A stretch of 64,000 bases of DNA from Podarcis gaigeae (lineage: Eukaryota): the NCBI GenBank assembly GCA_964106915.2, contig OZ066917.1; one strand, written 5' to 3'. Of this stretch, positions 26,101-39,037 are shown one piece after another. The notes beneath the pieces are model-generated. The model had not been told where the DNA came from and did no database searches. It worked only from the letters and a program-made list of their open reading frames with translations. The translations under genes and the position numbers were made by a program. Numbering within the stretch: the first letter of the stretch is position 1; each line of letters begins with the position of its first letter.

Positions 26101-27008
26101 GATGTGGATGTGAAATAAATCTTTCTTGCACTCTTCTACCCCTCGTATGAAATATATTGCTTTGAAAGATGTCATATTCTTGAGAAGTTTCTCCCTCCTT
26201 CACATTTTAATATACAGCATCATTAGTATACATAGCTGTTTACAAAGTGACATATACAAAACCTCAAAATCTAATGATAGACAGTTTGCCTGTGGCAGGG
26301 AGACAACAAAGTAGATAGTGAGGCAAAGTAGATGGGGAGGTAGGGAGAGAGAGAGAAGAAACTGGAGACGCTAAGGCAAGTTAATACTTTATAATAAGGA
26401 ATCTCATTGCCTTTGAGTTCTTCCAACCCTTATCCCTCCACAACTGTCTGGTCTCCCTGCCCTGCCCACATCCATGGCTTGCTATGTACAAAGATGGTAA
26501 ACAATTTAGCATTTGCCAAAGGCTCTACAAGTTTGACTCACACAAAGGATCACTCTGCGGTATAGAACGAAGTCACAAGAGTGGGATTATAGCTGGAAAT
26601 AGTTTAGGGGAAACCTCATGGTATTTCTAATCCAAACAGGGCTGTTGTTTACCTAGGAGTAGGAGGAAAAGGATGTATCTTTCAGTCATGAACTATTTGC
26701 AGTCTCCTGAGTTGTACTCACTGGCATGACTGTCTGCCGGTTGGGGAGTGCTTCCCCTAATCCTAAATGCATCTCTTTATTTTAATGCACACAGACACAC
26801 ACAAATCCAGCTAGCAAGAGGTTTAGAATGATCCCTGAGACCACTCTTATTAAGAGTGGTTGCCGGACCCTCTGGACTTTTCTAGAGGAGAGCCTTCCTG
26901 AGTCCGCGGCCAGCAGGCAGTTCAGATGAACATTGCTTGTTCTGATCTAATGGTGCTGCTTCTGAAAATGCTGGGAGATCTGGTAAACCTAGCAATACAA
27001 CAATAATA

Positions 27009-27238
27009 CAGTAGTGCCTCGGGTTAAGAACTTAATTCGTTCTGGAGGTCCGTTCTTAACCTGAACTGTTCTTAACCTGAGGTACCACTTTAGCTAATGG
27101 GGCCTCCCGCTGCCGCCGTGTGATTTCTGTTCTCATCCTGAAGCAAAGTTCTTAACCTGAGGTACTATTTCTGGGTTAGCGGAATCTGTAACCTGAAGCG
27201 TCTGTAATCTGAAGCGTCTGTAAACCGAGGTACCACTG
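27009..27238. mobile_element. Tc1/mariner MITE
   Basis: TA-flanked CAGTAGTGCCTCGG / CCGAGGTACCACTG; internal TTCTTAACCTGA repeats; inverse of 51674-51866. Confidence 0.85.
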
Positions 27239-29343
27239 TATTAGCAATTGGAGTTCTTGTGTCTTTTTGTGTTCAGGTGGGGAGTTTGTGGGTGCTACTA
27301 GCCCTGGCCCTGCTTTTTGAGGGGCAGCAGGGAGCAGTGGTAAAGAACAGAAACCAAAAATAGTCCAGCGGAAAAGCAAACAGCAGTGTTGACACCAATC
27401 TCAAGAAACAGATAGTGAAAATCCTTTATTGAGAAACAGCCAATAAGGCCTAGAATATTGTCTCCTGTCACAACTATTTGCCCCAATTCCTCAGAATTTC
27501 TTCCTGAGAATCTTCTTTCAGGTACAGAAATTTACCCTACTTCTTCAGATCGAAAGAATTCATTCAGTTTCTCTGCAATTTTGTTTTTCTTCTTTGGGTT
27601 GGGATCTGCTGGTAGATTTCTGGGTGATTTGAAGGGAATCGCAAGTGTTTCTGACTCCCAGTTAGCAACAACAGGAAAACTTCTCTCATACCAGATTAGG
27701 GGGGAACCAGGAGTAGATTTTTGTCTGATACTGATCACAATATCCTGGGCTGAGCATGTGCTCAGAGATAGCCTGTTCTTTCATAAAAGAATTAAAGTAA
27801 TTCTTAATTCTGTCAAAAGAGCGGACCTCAGGGTTTTAGTGAAAACAAAGTAGGTTCCATAAACCTGAAGCCTTCCCACCACTAGCATAAAATATGATGT
27901 TGGAGCTAATGGCCATTCATGCTGGTCCATCAGACCTCTTCTTGTGTTTTTATATATGGAAAACACTTTCAAAGTTCACAGCTTGCAAATAAAATGATAT
28001 TATTATGAGTAATGCCACACAACATTGGCTCTCAAGCAAAGATCACATGGATGGCTCCTGTACCTTTGAGATAATCATTTGAGGTTCAAAAAAAGAGCAT
28101 AATACCCCAGAGAGAGATTATGAGCTTCTTGGATGACAGCTGGCTGTAAATAGCTGTGGGTTTTGTGATTGTCCAAAGATCATGTTTACATGCTTTTATT
28201 GCAAGTGATAGCTTGCCATCCCTAAGGCTTGGGGCAGGACACTTAAGGAATCCAATGTTTGATAAAAAGCTAAATATTGGTTACTGGCAAATTGATGTGG
28301 AAAAGCTATTTCTCTCTTTCCCTCCTTCCATCTGCAGAACAGCATGCCACTGATGAAGGCATCTTGCTCTGTGGGAGGATGATTTTACTGAGCAGCAGTT
28401 GGTCCTAAGCAGCCGTGTTGTGTTTTATAAATGGGCTTAGCAGCCAGCTCTGAGTACATTTGCTCAGAAGTTCACATGGATTTGCTTCATGGTTAAGTGC
28501 AGCGTCTTGGCCGTCCTGGCTCCCCATACCAGGAAATGCTTGAGTTCACCTCTCGGGCACTAGGCTTTTAGTCTCAAGCTCAAGAGTTGCCAGCAGCCAG
28601 ATTGGCTGCAGAGGTTTTCTCTGTCTGCCTTTTGCAGTCAGATGAAGTTGCCAGTTGTTTATGTACCACTGTGTAGACTCCTCTTCATAATACCTAATAG
28701 TTAAATATGCTTTAGGTCACAGCCTGGGGCTGCATATTTACATGGGAACAAGGTCCATAACATTTAGTAGGATTTTAATGCTGAATAAACATGCATATGA
28801 TTCAGGGTTAGTGTCAGCACCCAATGCCCTTGGTTAGCTGCAGAGATCCCAGTGTCCCAGCAGAGACCTCTGTCCACCCCTGGGCCGCTTTCATTTCCCA
28901 TGAGCCTGTCATTCTGAGCAGCACTGGCTGCCTGCCTCTAGTCACCATTTTAATCTCCCACAATTCTCCCTGCATGTTACTCCAGGGCATTGTGGGAAAT
29001 TAAAACAGTGGTTGGACCTACCCACCCAGTGCTACTCAGAAGACCACTACTGAGGCTGCTGCCACCACAAGGAAATAAGCCCACCAGGGCCCATGAGTAG
29101 AGGAGTGGGACAACCAAGAGCATTTTGCCCATCCTTCCTAATCTGGACCTGATCTTTATAGAATTGTATTCTAAGTGGGAAGTGTAAGAGCTAAACGTAT
29201 TATTGAATATATGCCACCTACTTAAGTGTGATTGGGTGCTTTTGTTTTCTCTTTGCTGGTTTTTATTATTATGTTCTATTAACATTTTTTAAGGGACTAA
29301 TCCTAACTCTCCCTCTTCCCCCTGCCTCCCCATGTACTGTTAG

Positions 29344-29476
29344 TAGGGTTGCCATATTTTGGAAAAAAGAGGACACATTGGCTGACTTCTGCTATGGATC
29401 GCTTTGATGACTCTCATTTTACATACCAAAGAAAAAGAGGACGTGTCCTGGAAAAAGAGGACATATGGCAACCCTA
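29344..29476. mobile_element. hAT-type MITE (same TIR as 3533)
   Basis: Perfect 14-bp TIR TAGGGTTGCCATAT; AAAGAGGAC subterminal repeats; no TSD seen. Confidence 0.75.
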
Positions 29477-29777
29477 TCACAGGTCATCACCATATCTTCA
29501 GCCTTAATATATATAGCATGCAGGGTGAAAGGTCAGGGGCACAGACATATGGCTCGGGCAGCTTAAACTGGTGCAGCAACAGGACCCAATATCATCATGT
29601 GAAAGAAGCAGGGCCATCTTGGGATTCATGGACTCCTGGGCTGACTCAGCTCTGTTCCACTCCACCTCCAACAAAAGCCCAGATTTGATGGCTTTGGATT
29701 CCACTGGTCGCACTTTCACCTGCTGGTGGAAGGCTGGTGAAAGGGGGAGTTCCATTCCAGTAGAATGATACTAATGT

Positions 29778-29909
29778 ATAGCACAGTCGGTAGAGCATGA
29801 GGCTCTTAATCTCAGGGTCATGAATTTGAGCCCCAAATTGGGAAAAGATCCCTGCATTGCAGGGGGCTGGACTAGATGACTTGTGGTCTATGATTCTATG
29901 AATCTATGA
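29778..29909 (+). mobile_element. tRNA-Lys(CTT)-headed SINE with CR1 tail
   Basis: TAGCACAGTCGGTAGAGCATGAGGCTCTTAATCTCAGGGTC followed by GGACTAGATGAC..(ATTCTATG)n. Confidence 0.85.
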
Positions 29910-30954
29910 GTCTGTGCTGATCTACAGGGGACTGGCAGGCAGTCAACGGAGCCCGGCTTGGCTGGGCAAAGGGACACCTCTACCCAATACAACCACACAC
30001 ACCAGCCTGGTGCAAAAAGGGATGGATAGCTCTGCCATTCATACAGTATTTTTTATATTTAAAGGTTAAAGCATTTTAGACCTTACCCAGAGAATTTATT
30101 GTTCAATGGGCGGGATATAACTGCAAATATACAATTTAAAAAAATTCACAAAATAAAAATATTCATTCCCCCTGTTTAGTTCAAGTTTCAAGGACATTGG
30201 CCTCATGACTTAGGTCAAATTGGAAGCCGTTCACTGAGTAAATGCTGATAAAACAAATAATATTGACCAATGCAACTGGCAGTTCTATCTTGAGAAGGAA
30301 GTCAGTGGCTCTGACAGCTGGAAGTCAGTAAAGTCTATTCACGCTGAACAGATTTTCGTAGGCATATAGGAAAGATAAGGCAAGTTGTAAAATGCTTTTC
30401 CAGGTTAGCTTCCAGGTTATTGATTCAAGATGCACATTGCAATTGTAACATATTTCCTGGCACTACTCCAATGCAAAAGCTTTCAGGAACACTTTTCTTC
30501 TTCTTTAAGACAAAGGTGGATAATATTGCTGGATTATCTACACTGGAGATTACAATTGAAAAAAATGCATATATTCCAAGAAAATGTTTACTCTGCAGTG
30601 CCTTTCAGTTTGTAAACCAAGATGTTTGTGACAAAAAGCGTGGCTTTAGGATTGATACCATACACACTTAAGTTTTGCATTTGCTTCAAACTGACATTGA
30701 TGACTTGTCAGTCGAGAAGCCTACCATTGCCAAAGGGCACACATGATGCTTCCAGATGGTCCCATGGCAGGGCCAAGTCACAGCTGCCACCTGCTCACAA
30801 CCAGTGATGCTTAAGTGGCCTGGAGGGATCTGCTGTTTCAGGGAGACATGGAGCAGGGGTTCATATTATGCTGTCTCCTACAGCTCAACTTGAAGTGGCA
30901 GGAGGAATGGGGTGCTAGCTCACCCTTCCTCCATGTTTTGCATTTGTATGGTAA

Positions 30955-31300
30955 CAGACCCTCCAAGTGTCCCTATTTTCCAGGGACAGTCCCGGATTTA
31001 CAGAAGCCATCCCGGTTTCTGATTTGATCCCAGGATGTCCCAGTTTTCCTTAGGACATCCCTATTTTCATCTGGAAAATATTGGAGGGTATAGAGTTATG
31101 CAACTTTGAGCCAAGCAGATAAGTAACTATACAACCTTTAGAAGACATCTGAAAGTATTGGATAGTTTTTAATGTTGGATGTGTTATTATATTTCTATAT
31201 ATGTTGGAAGCCACCCAGAGTCATCCAGAGGAAGGGTACAAATGTAATAATAATGGAATAGGATGTCCCTATTTACATCAGAGAAATGTTGGAGGGTATG
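30955..31300. mobile_element. MITE with CATACCCTCCAA-type TIR
   Basis: CAGACCCTCCAA / TTGGAGGGTATG ends; GTCCC subterminal repeats; same family as 60572-61061. Confidence 0.7.
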
Positions 31301-32606
31301 CAGTAAACAACTTTGTACAGAAGAACAGAGTGCGCTGCAAAAGGAAATATGTGATTGTGCCTCTGGTTTGCTAGCAATCAACACCTAAGGCAGCATGCTC
31401 AACATCCATTGAAAGCATGCTTAAAGCATAGAATTTAAAGTATCTCAAGGTTAGGCTGAGAGACTCGTCTGAAATCCAGCGCAGCTGCTGCCAACTACTC
31501 TGGTCAGCGAACTGGATGGACTGTTATTCTGACTCTGTAAAAGGCAGTTTCCTGTGTCTGAATCCCTTCCTGATCCCAATAACAGGTAGTGTCTGAAAGA
31601 ACTCCAGATTTTTCAGAAGAAAGTGCAATGGTGCCTTGTCATGTTTTTTAATTTTTTTCAGTATTTGGTATAGGCAAAAGTGAGACATACCTTTCCCCGG
31701 TGACTTCTTTGTAAACAAAGGGATAGCAAAGAAATTGTCTTCCTAAACAAATATTTGTTTTTCATTTAAGACCGATTTTACAAAGGAAAAAAGGAAATTC
31801 TAAGACAGCATTAAATGTGGAATCTCTGATTTTTCAGGCATACCTTCTAGCTCTGAGTGCAATCAGTGGCCTTAGAATTTTGAAAGTTATTGCAAGCACA
31901 AAAATACCGTAATCCCCCCCCCCCACCAGCAACACACACTCCCCATAAAGCCCAGGGATTGAGAACCATTGTAAAATTGTTCCTACTAGCGTGACAACAG
32001 ATGTTCTCTGAATATCTATATCAAAGCTTAATCTTTTTTGAAGCTGAAATAGAGAGTGAAGATAAATCTTCATGAAGAGCCAGGAACACAAGGGAAAATG
32101 GGAGTAGAAGGAAGGTCTCTGTTCTTATTGGAGTCATGGGATTTTCTTTTTGCTTCAAGGCTTAAAGGAAAATGTATTAAAACAAGCACAAGTCCTAGCT
32201 GAAAGTGCTAAACTAAGATGGGAGGGTAACATTGTTAGTTAAAACAACAAAGCTTCTTGTGGCACCTGAAATACAAATACATCTCTTTTTGCTTTTGCAC
32301 GCAGGGGGGAATAGATCATATCTCATTTGATTCTAATGATTTTTGTTTCCAATGGAAGATAGTCTGTTGAGAGAAGAGATTAAAGCTGCACTAGAGGTAT
32401 AAAAAATACACGTCCTTAGGGAGGCTTTTCTTTATTCCTGCTAACTTATTGGCATATTTGTGGTTTGAACGTTCTGTACTAAGCAACCGAAGTTCAATAG
32501 AAGCATGTTTGCCTGGGTTCAAAGCCCATTCCTGCTACTATGTGTTGTTCTCTAATAATTCGTGACAGATGCAGAAAAAGATCTGATAGGATATTGATAC
32601 ACATAC

Positions 32607-33393
32607 CACTGGCAGAGGAAGAGGGGGCGGGGGGGGCTCACCGCCCCTGGGAGCGCAATCCCGGTGGGGTGCTGTGACGCTAACATATGAGAGTGCTGGA
32701 GGTGAAATAGTTTAACAGGTTACCCAACCAGAAGCCAGGGGGGTGGAGTCAGAGGGACTAGAAAACCAGCTTTGGGAGGGGCAAAGGGGGGAGTTTGTTG
32801 GGAGTTGGGTGGTTGGTTGGAGTGGGAGTGACTTGGGATAGAGTCTGTGGGTAGGTTGAGTTAGTGTAGTGAAATAAGCTCTGTCAGGAACAGTTAGGAG
32901 CTAGGAAGACAAGTAAATATCTGAGAGGTGGTTTAGTGAGGGAGAGCAGGTAGAGGAAGTTATAGGTCTGGATAGGCACTCCATGATTGTAATTGACCGA
33001 TACCGTTAATGAAACCACACGCTTGTTAAACTGCAATAAATAAACAGAAGTTTATATTCCAATTTAACCCTGACTGGACTCAGTATTGTACCAGGTAGGG
33101 CCTGGGTGGTGGCAGCAAGAAATAAAGTGGTGGCACAGGGATCAATTGAGGGTGAAATGTCTGGGGACCCTGTGTGATCGCCACAGGTGCCATCGCAGCT
33201 GCCCCCCCGCCTGCGCTGGGCACCATGCCCCCAGAATGTGCACCATGCCCCAGCGGGTGGCGCACCACGCCACACCCCTGCGGGCAGCGTGCTGCACCCC
33301 TGGGATGCTCACCATGCCCCCCCGGGATGCGTACCAGCCATGGCCCCATCTGCTCTATGCCCCCCGGTGCCGGAGCATGAGGCTCTGCCACTG
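32607..33393. mobile_element. GC-rich hAT-type MITE interrupted by a solo LTR
   Basis: CACTGGCAGAG / CTCTGCCACTG TIRs; TSD ACACATAC/ACACACAC. Confidence 0.75.
32673..33185 (+). mobile_element. Solo LTR (513 bp)
   Basis: TGTGACG...CGCCACA termini; perfect 5-bp TSD GGTGC; AATAAA at ~33035. Confidence 0.85.
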
Positions 33394-34519
33394 ACACACA
33401 CATACACACATATACATATGTAGGATAAAAGTAAAGTACATGCTAGCAAGCTCCACTGGGCTTTTCTCATTCCCCTTATACAGTATAACAAATCCCAGTT
33501 CTCTCTTAAATCCCAGGTAAATGTATCAATACAAACTGATTGAATTCGCTTAAAGAACTACATATGGTCCCTTGGCTGAGATGGCTGACTTGACAGTGGA
33601 TTTTGCCTTTCCATATCCATATGGATATGGAACAGCCATCTTAGTGGGGCTGTGTCCTCAAGTAGTTATCTTGTCTCTAGCCCTCCTTTCTTTCCTTGTG
33701 GTTTCCTGATTCTGGATCCCCACCGCCACCCCTGATGTGGGATTTGTTAAAAGGGTGAATGAATAAGAAAATGAAATTCTATTCCAGTGTTGCACTTTGG
33801 TTGGAACAGATGCCATTAGTGTACCTGATATATGTGGCATGGTTCATGCTAATACTCACTGTTTGACAACTCTCTGCAGGTCCAAAACAGGATCTTCTCT
33901 CATGTGGCACTCCTGTAGTAATCATAAAAGGTATTCTAGCAAAGCTCTTACCTTCTTATTCTTACAGGCTCACTGCTCTCTTATGAATGAGGGTCAGGTC
34001 AAGGGCTGTTCACCTCTCAGAACCATTTTTGAGGGGGGTCCCCCTTTATCCATCTACCCTACCCAATGCCACTGCCCCCAGGTTGTGAGAAAGAAACTTG
34101 CTACAACCTGAGAGAAATGTAAAAACCTCTCAATGCAGGGCCAACTGAAGTTGAGAATTAAATTCCTCTCCAACCAGATAAACCAATGAATGATACAGGA
34201 AGGGAGGATTGGGAAAGAGAAAGGTGGATGGAGGGCAGGTGAGATGGCAGCTGGTCTTGCTAAAGATTAATAGCACTTCTGAGATCCCACCAGGTTGTGC
34301 AAGGTGCATGGATATCCCACCCACCAGATCTTGCAAAAAGCTCATCCTTCCTCCTCTACCATGACAGCCATCATGCCACAAACCAGCCTGATGACTTCAA
34401 CAGGTTTGCTAGGCCTAGAGTTGCTTGCTACTAAACTACCACTGAACAGTTCCTTGTTATACAGTGAGAGATCATTTGAAAGAAATGAAAACTGTCCTTT
34501 TCTTTTGCTGTTAGTAATA

Positions 34520-34744
34520 CAGTGGTACCTCGGTTTCCAAGTGTCTCGGAAGCTGAATGTTTCGTTTTTCAAACACAAAATCCAGAAGTAATTGTTTCCA
34601 TTTTTGAAAGTGCCTTGGAAGTCGAATGGCTTCTTCTGAGTTTTTTTCAATTTTCCTCAAAGGAAATCACAGGCGGCCCTTTGCACCTTGGTTTTCAGAA
34701 CAGTCTTCCAGAACAGATTACATTTGAAAACTGAGGTACCAGTC
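34520..34744. mobile_element. Tc1/mariner MITE
   Basis: TA-CAGTGGTACCTCGGTTT...AAACTGAGGTACCAG. Confidence 0.7.
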
Positions 34745-34789
34745 TATAGTGTTTCAATTGTTAACATATGAGTGGTAAAGTTTTTAAAA

Positions 34790-35180
34790 ATTGGGTTCAA
34801 TCCTAAAGAGAGAGTTAAATCCAAATCTTATAAGGAGGATTTTATCCATATGTTACTCAAGCAAATGGGCACAGATGATTTGGAAAATAATTCTAAATAA
34901 TATTAATGAAATATTTAAGGTGATATCTGGATTCAAAATTATGGTTATTAAATTGTCTTAATACCCTTAATATTCAAAATTATTGATCATAGGTTGGATT
35001 ACTTTTCCAAAGTTTTGGGAAATCTACAAATAAACCCAACATATGGTTAAGAAAAGTGTTGGATTTAAATTAAATTAATTGTATATCAAAATGTTGAGAG
35101 CAATTATCCACAAATCTGTGAAATAGATTTGAAGACTGCAAATGAATTGTATTTATACTATTTCTGTTATCGATGAACAG
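34790..35180 (+). mobile_element. Probable highly degraded L1 ORF2 3' end
   Basis: AT-rich; GATTTTATCCATATG...ATTTGGAAA resembles the L1 C-terminal 'F.HM...C....W' region; many stops. Confidence 0.35.
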
Positions 35181-35511
35181 AAGGGTACATTTGGATTCAC
35201 TCCAATACATGTTAATGTGTTGACTTAGTTGCACTTACTTAAGGCGTAAATAATTATAAGACTATTGCTATAAATGTTGAGGCTATTATCTTTTTTTTTA
35301 AAAAAAACCACATATATTTTCTGCAATGGGTAAAATTTAAGTGCAAGTAGTTAGGTTTATCATGGTCTTTAGTTTCTGAATTCCTGCCAGCTCTGTTATT
35401 TGAAACATGATGTCATTCTACCTTGTCCTGGACCACAGCATTCCTCATGTACCTAAGGAGAGTCAATACTTAACGTGTACCTTAAATTCAGGTTACGTAC
35501 TTAAATTATTT

Positions 35512-36410
35512 CTCCTTCATAGATTACTGCCTTGTCGTAGCAAAGGGGCTTGAATAACTCAGAGAAGCTATGAGCTATGCCGTGCAGGGCCACCCAAGAT
35601 GGACAAGTCATAGTGGCGAGTTTTGACTAAACATGATCCACCTGGAGCAGGAACCGGCAAGCCACTCCAGTATCCCTGCCATGAAATCTCCATGGACAAA
35701 AACTAAACCCCCCCCACACACACACTAAAAACACACACACTAAGATCATGGCCACTGGTCCCATCACCTCCTGGCAAACAGAAAGGGAGGAAATGGAGGT
35801 AGTGAGAGATTTTACTTTCTTGGGCTCCATGATCACTGCAGATGGTGACAGCAGTCACGAAATTAAAAGACACCTGCTTCTTGGGACAAAAGCGATGACA
35901 AACCTAGACAGCATCTTAAAAAGCAGAGATATCACTTTGCTGACAAAGGTCCGTATAGTTAAAGCTATGGTTTTCCCAATAGTGATGTATGGAAGTGAGA
36001 GCTGGACCATAAAGAAGGCTGATTGCCAAAGAATTGATGCTTTTGAATTATGGTGCTGGAACAGACTCATGAGAGTTACATGGACTGCAAGAAGATCAAA
36101 CCTATCCATTCTGAAGGAAATCAGCCCTGAGTGCTCACTGGAAGGACAGATCGTGAAGCTCAGGCTCCAATACTTTGGCCACCTCATGAGAAGAGAAGAC
36201 TCCCTGGAAAAATCTCCCTGATGTTGGGAAAGATTGAGGGCACAAGGAGAAGGGGACGACAGAGGACGAGATAATTAGACAGTGTTCTTGAAGCTACCAA
36301 CATGAGTTTGACCAAGCTGCAGGAGGCAGTGGAAGACAGAAGTGCCTAACGTGCTCTGGTCCATGGGGTCACAAAGAACCAGACACAACTAAACGACTAA
36401 ACAATAACAT
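35512..36410 (+). mobile_element. Internally deleted Bov-B: 5' UTR fused to the RT C-terminus and 3' end
   Basis: 11-bp TSD TTAAATTATTT; 35512-35700 resembles the Bov-B 5' UTR (ACTGCCTTGTCGT..GAAGCTATGAGC..AGGGCCACCCAAGA); 35741-36410 encodes KIMATGPITSWQ... and the (AAC) tail, highly similar to 40341-41010. Confidence 0.9.
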
Positions 36411-36439
36411 TTAAATTATTTAGAGCTGAGAGGCTTGGA

Positions 36440-37010
36440 TTTGGCAATTAGGAATGCCTGAGGGTCAATCCAAGTCTGAAATCCAGCCGTCAGGATACAG
36501 TCCAGGGTCAAACCTGAAGCACAGTCCCATAGAGGTAACGGGACATCAAAGCCAAGGTCCACCAATAAAGGCAGTTGACCAGACCCAGCATCTCAGCTCT
36601 GCTTCCCTTTTTGACTTTGCCTGCTGATTGTAGCATCTGGGTTTGATGAGGCAGGTGACCCTCACCTGTTGAATCACACACCACCTCCCAGAAATAGCGA
36701 GCCCCACCTGTTCAGCTAGGGATCTTGGCTGTGGGCCCTTGCCTGCCTCAGCCTCCTGGAGCACCACTCCCACTGCTCCCTATGCCTCAGAGCCCGCCGT
36801 GTTCCTGGAGACAGGGGTCCCTCTGGCTCTGGTGATGGGTCCTGCTGCTATAGTTCCTGTGCACTGACCTCCATCCCCTTGCCATCCTCCATCATCCTGT
36901 GAGTACCTTCCCAATCCCCAGCTTGCCCAGGTGTGTCCCAGTCCCAGCTACACTCCTCGGTGGGATAATCCTCCTCTTCCTCCTCCCTGGCATCCTGCCA
37001 GTTCATGACA
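36440..37010 (-). mobile_element. Probable LTR fragment (Gypsy-type)
   Basis: Minus strand starts TGTCATGAACTGGCAGG with a purine-rich U3-like tract; other end and TSD not found. Confidence 0.4.
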
Positions 37011-39037
37011 CATATGGTCTGTGGAAAATTTCTGTGGTGCCCGCCTTCCTTTGATGCCCTAAGCACGTGCTTATTTTGCTTAATTGTTAATCCAGCCCTG
37101 GGCTGGGGCTTATGGGAGTGTAGTCCACTGACAGCCTGAGGACACCACATCGACTAACACAGTCTTAGGCCATGGCTTTAGGTCAGATGGTGCCATTTCA
37201 ATGCATGTTCAATCTGCAGCACTCCGAAGGGGTGCTCCAATGAGACTCCAAGGAAAACTGTTTCCTTCCATTTCTTCCAAATGCTTCTAATCTATCTCGG
37301 CTTTTGACTGAGAAGGCATGGTATCTAAATAACTGTTACACCCTAGGGAGAGGAGGAAAAATCACATCAGCTTTAAACATATTCCCAAGCTATCCCCATC
37401 TGGAAAAGATGTCTGAAACTTATTCATATGAATATAATTTATGTCTCCTTACATAGCTTCCAAATGTCTGCAGGTATGTTTAAGCCACTCTCCTCCTTTC
37501 CCACACAATGCGATGTTGTCTTGTCTCAGCAGGAAGCAGCTGCAAGCGATAAAAGTCTACTTGCAGGCAGGGCACAAAAGCGTAGCTCTGCAGTAGAAGA
37601 AAATGTGGCATATATATGCCTAAGTATATAGTTACCAAAGTTGGATATGAAGTCAGACATTCAGAACAAGTTGGGGTTTATTTGTTTGATTATTTATTGC
37701 AATCGCTGTTTTGTTCTTCAAGCAGGAACAGTTTCAACAGATGATGAGCTCTTTTTTAGGGAGGAAATTTCACGAATTGTCCTTGGCTTGTTGCTGTAGG
37801 TGCAGAATAACACCCAAATAGCTGCCTAAAATCAGCAAGGTGTTTTTGTTTTCTTTTTTTTTAGATGTGCTTGAAATTCTGAATTTAAGAAATATATAAA
37901 GGCATTTTGCCAGTGGCATTTGTTGTTGGAGGTTATATTCTTGCATTAGGACAATGAAGCAGGAAGTGCTGCTGTTGTCTGTTCTCGGCTGTTTTCAAGG
38001 TCTTAAAGTGATGAGCAGAGTTTATACAAGGATAGGCAATCCCTTTTGTGCGTAATTTTTTTAAAGGTTAATAATGGCATATAAATTGGAATTAGTATCC
38101 ATATTTCAAATGCTAGGATCTAGAAAAGATGCTATTTCAGCAAATTAGTCTCAGCTTCCAGTAAAACGGCACCGGGAATTCTGATATGGAAGTCTCTGGA
38201 AGTGTGCGGTCATTGCGCAAAGGCATAAAAGCTGACACTTCTCCATTTGCTGTCTGCTTTACTCACATGACTCACACTATGGCATTTGTTTTGTTTTTGC
38301 TATTTCCTTGTTCTGATTTAATATGTTATTTCCCATCCCCCTGCCCAGTGGATTACACACACACACACACACACACACCCCACACACCAAGGCTTAAAAA
38401 TTAACATTTGAATTTAGTTCAGAAATCTGTGATAATAGTTCAGCCCAGCAAAGTTAGTACTGAAGTATCTGCATCTCTTTTGAATGCTGAGTTAAAATGG
38501 GTAATTCAAGTGCATTCAAGTGCACCAAATTCAAAGCTTTGGTGAACGTTTGGTGTCTCCCAGAGCTCCCACTACTGTTTTGTAACTTTGAGCCACCCTC
38601 AATGCCGACGAGGGCTTCAAAGTCATGAAAGAGCCCCGAAATAGAACTGAAAGCTCCTCTCATGCAAACCGGAGGCTTCATCTGCTATTGAGCCAGTTGC
38701 CTACCATGTGAGTGTCACATGTTTGAAAGGAAAATGAAACAGCCTGCTGCAATGTTTCAAGCAGACTTCCAGTGTTTCGCATTATCTTTTCAGCATAAAA
38801 ATTCTTCAGCGTGAGGAAATGGGATGTGGGCTTTTGTTTGCTATTCCTTTTTATGGTTTGGTTCAAAGCTGGCTCATACAGATCAATAGATGCTCTTATA
38901 GGCTGCAGTCGGTTTCCTTTTATTAGGTCAGGTGGAGAGTTACCAAGTTTTCAGGATAAATGGGAGAGAAATTTCAGTGATTAAAAGAATGTGGCCTACC
39001 ATAGCTTCATGTAGCTCAAATTAATGACTGCTGCCAA

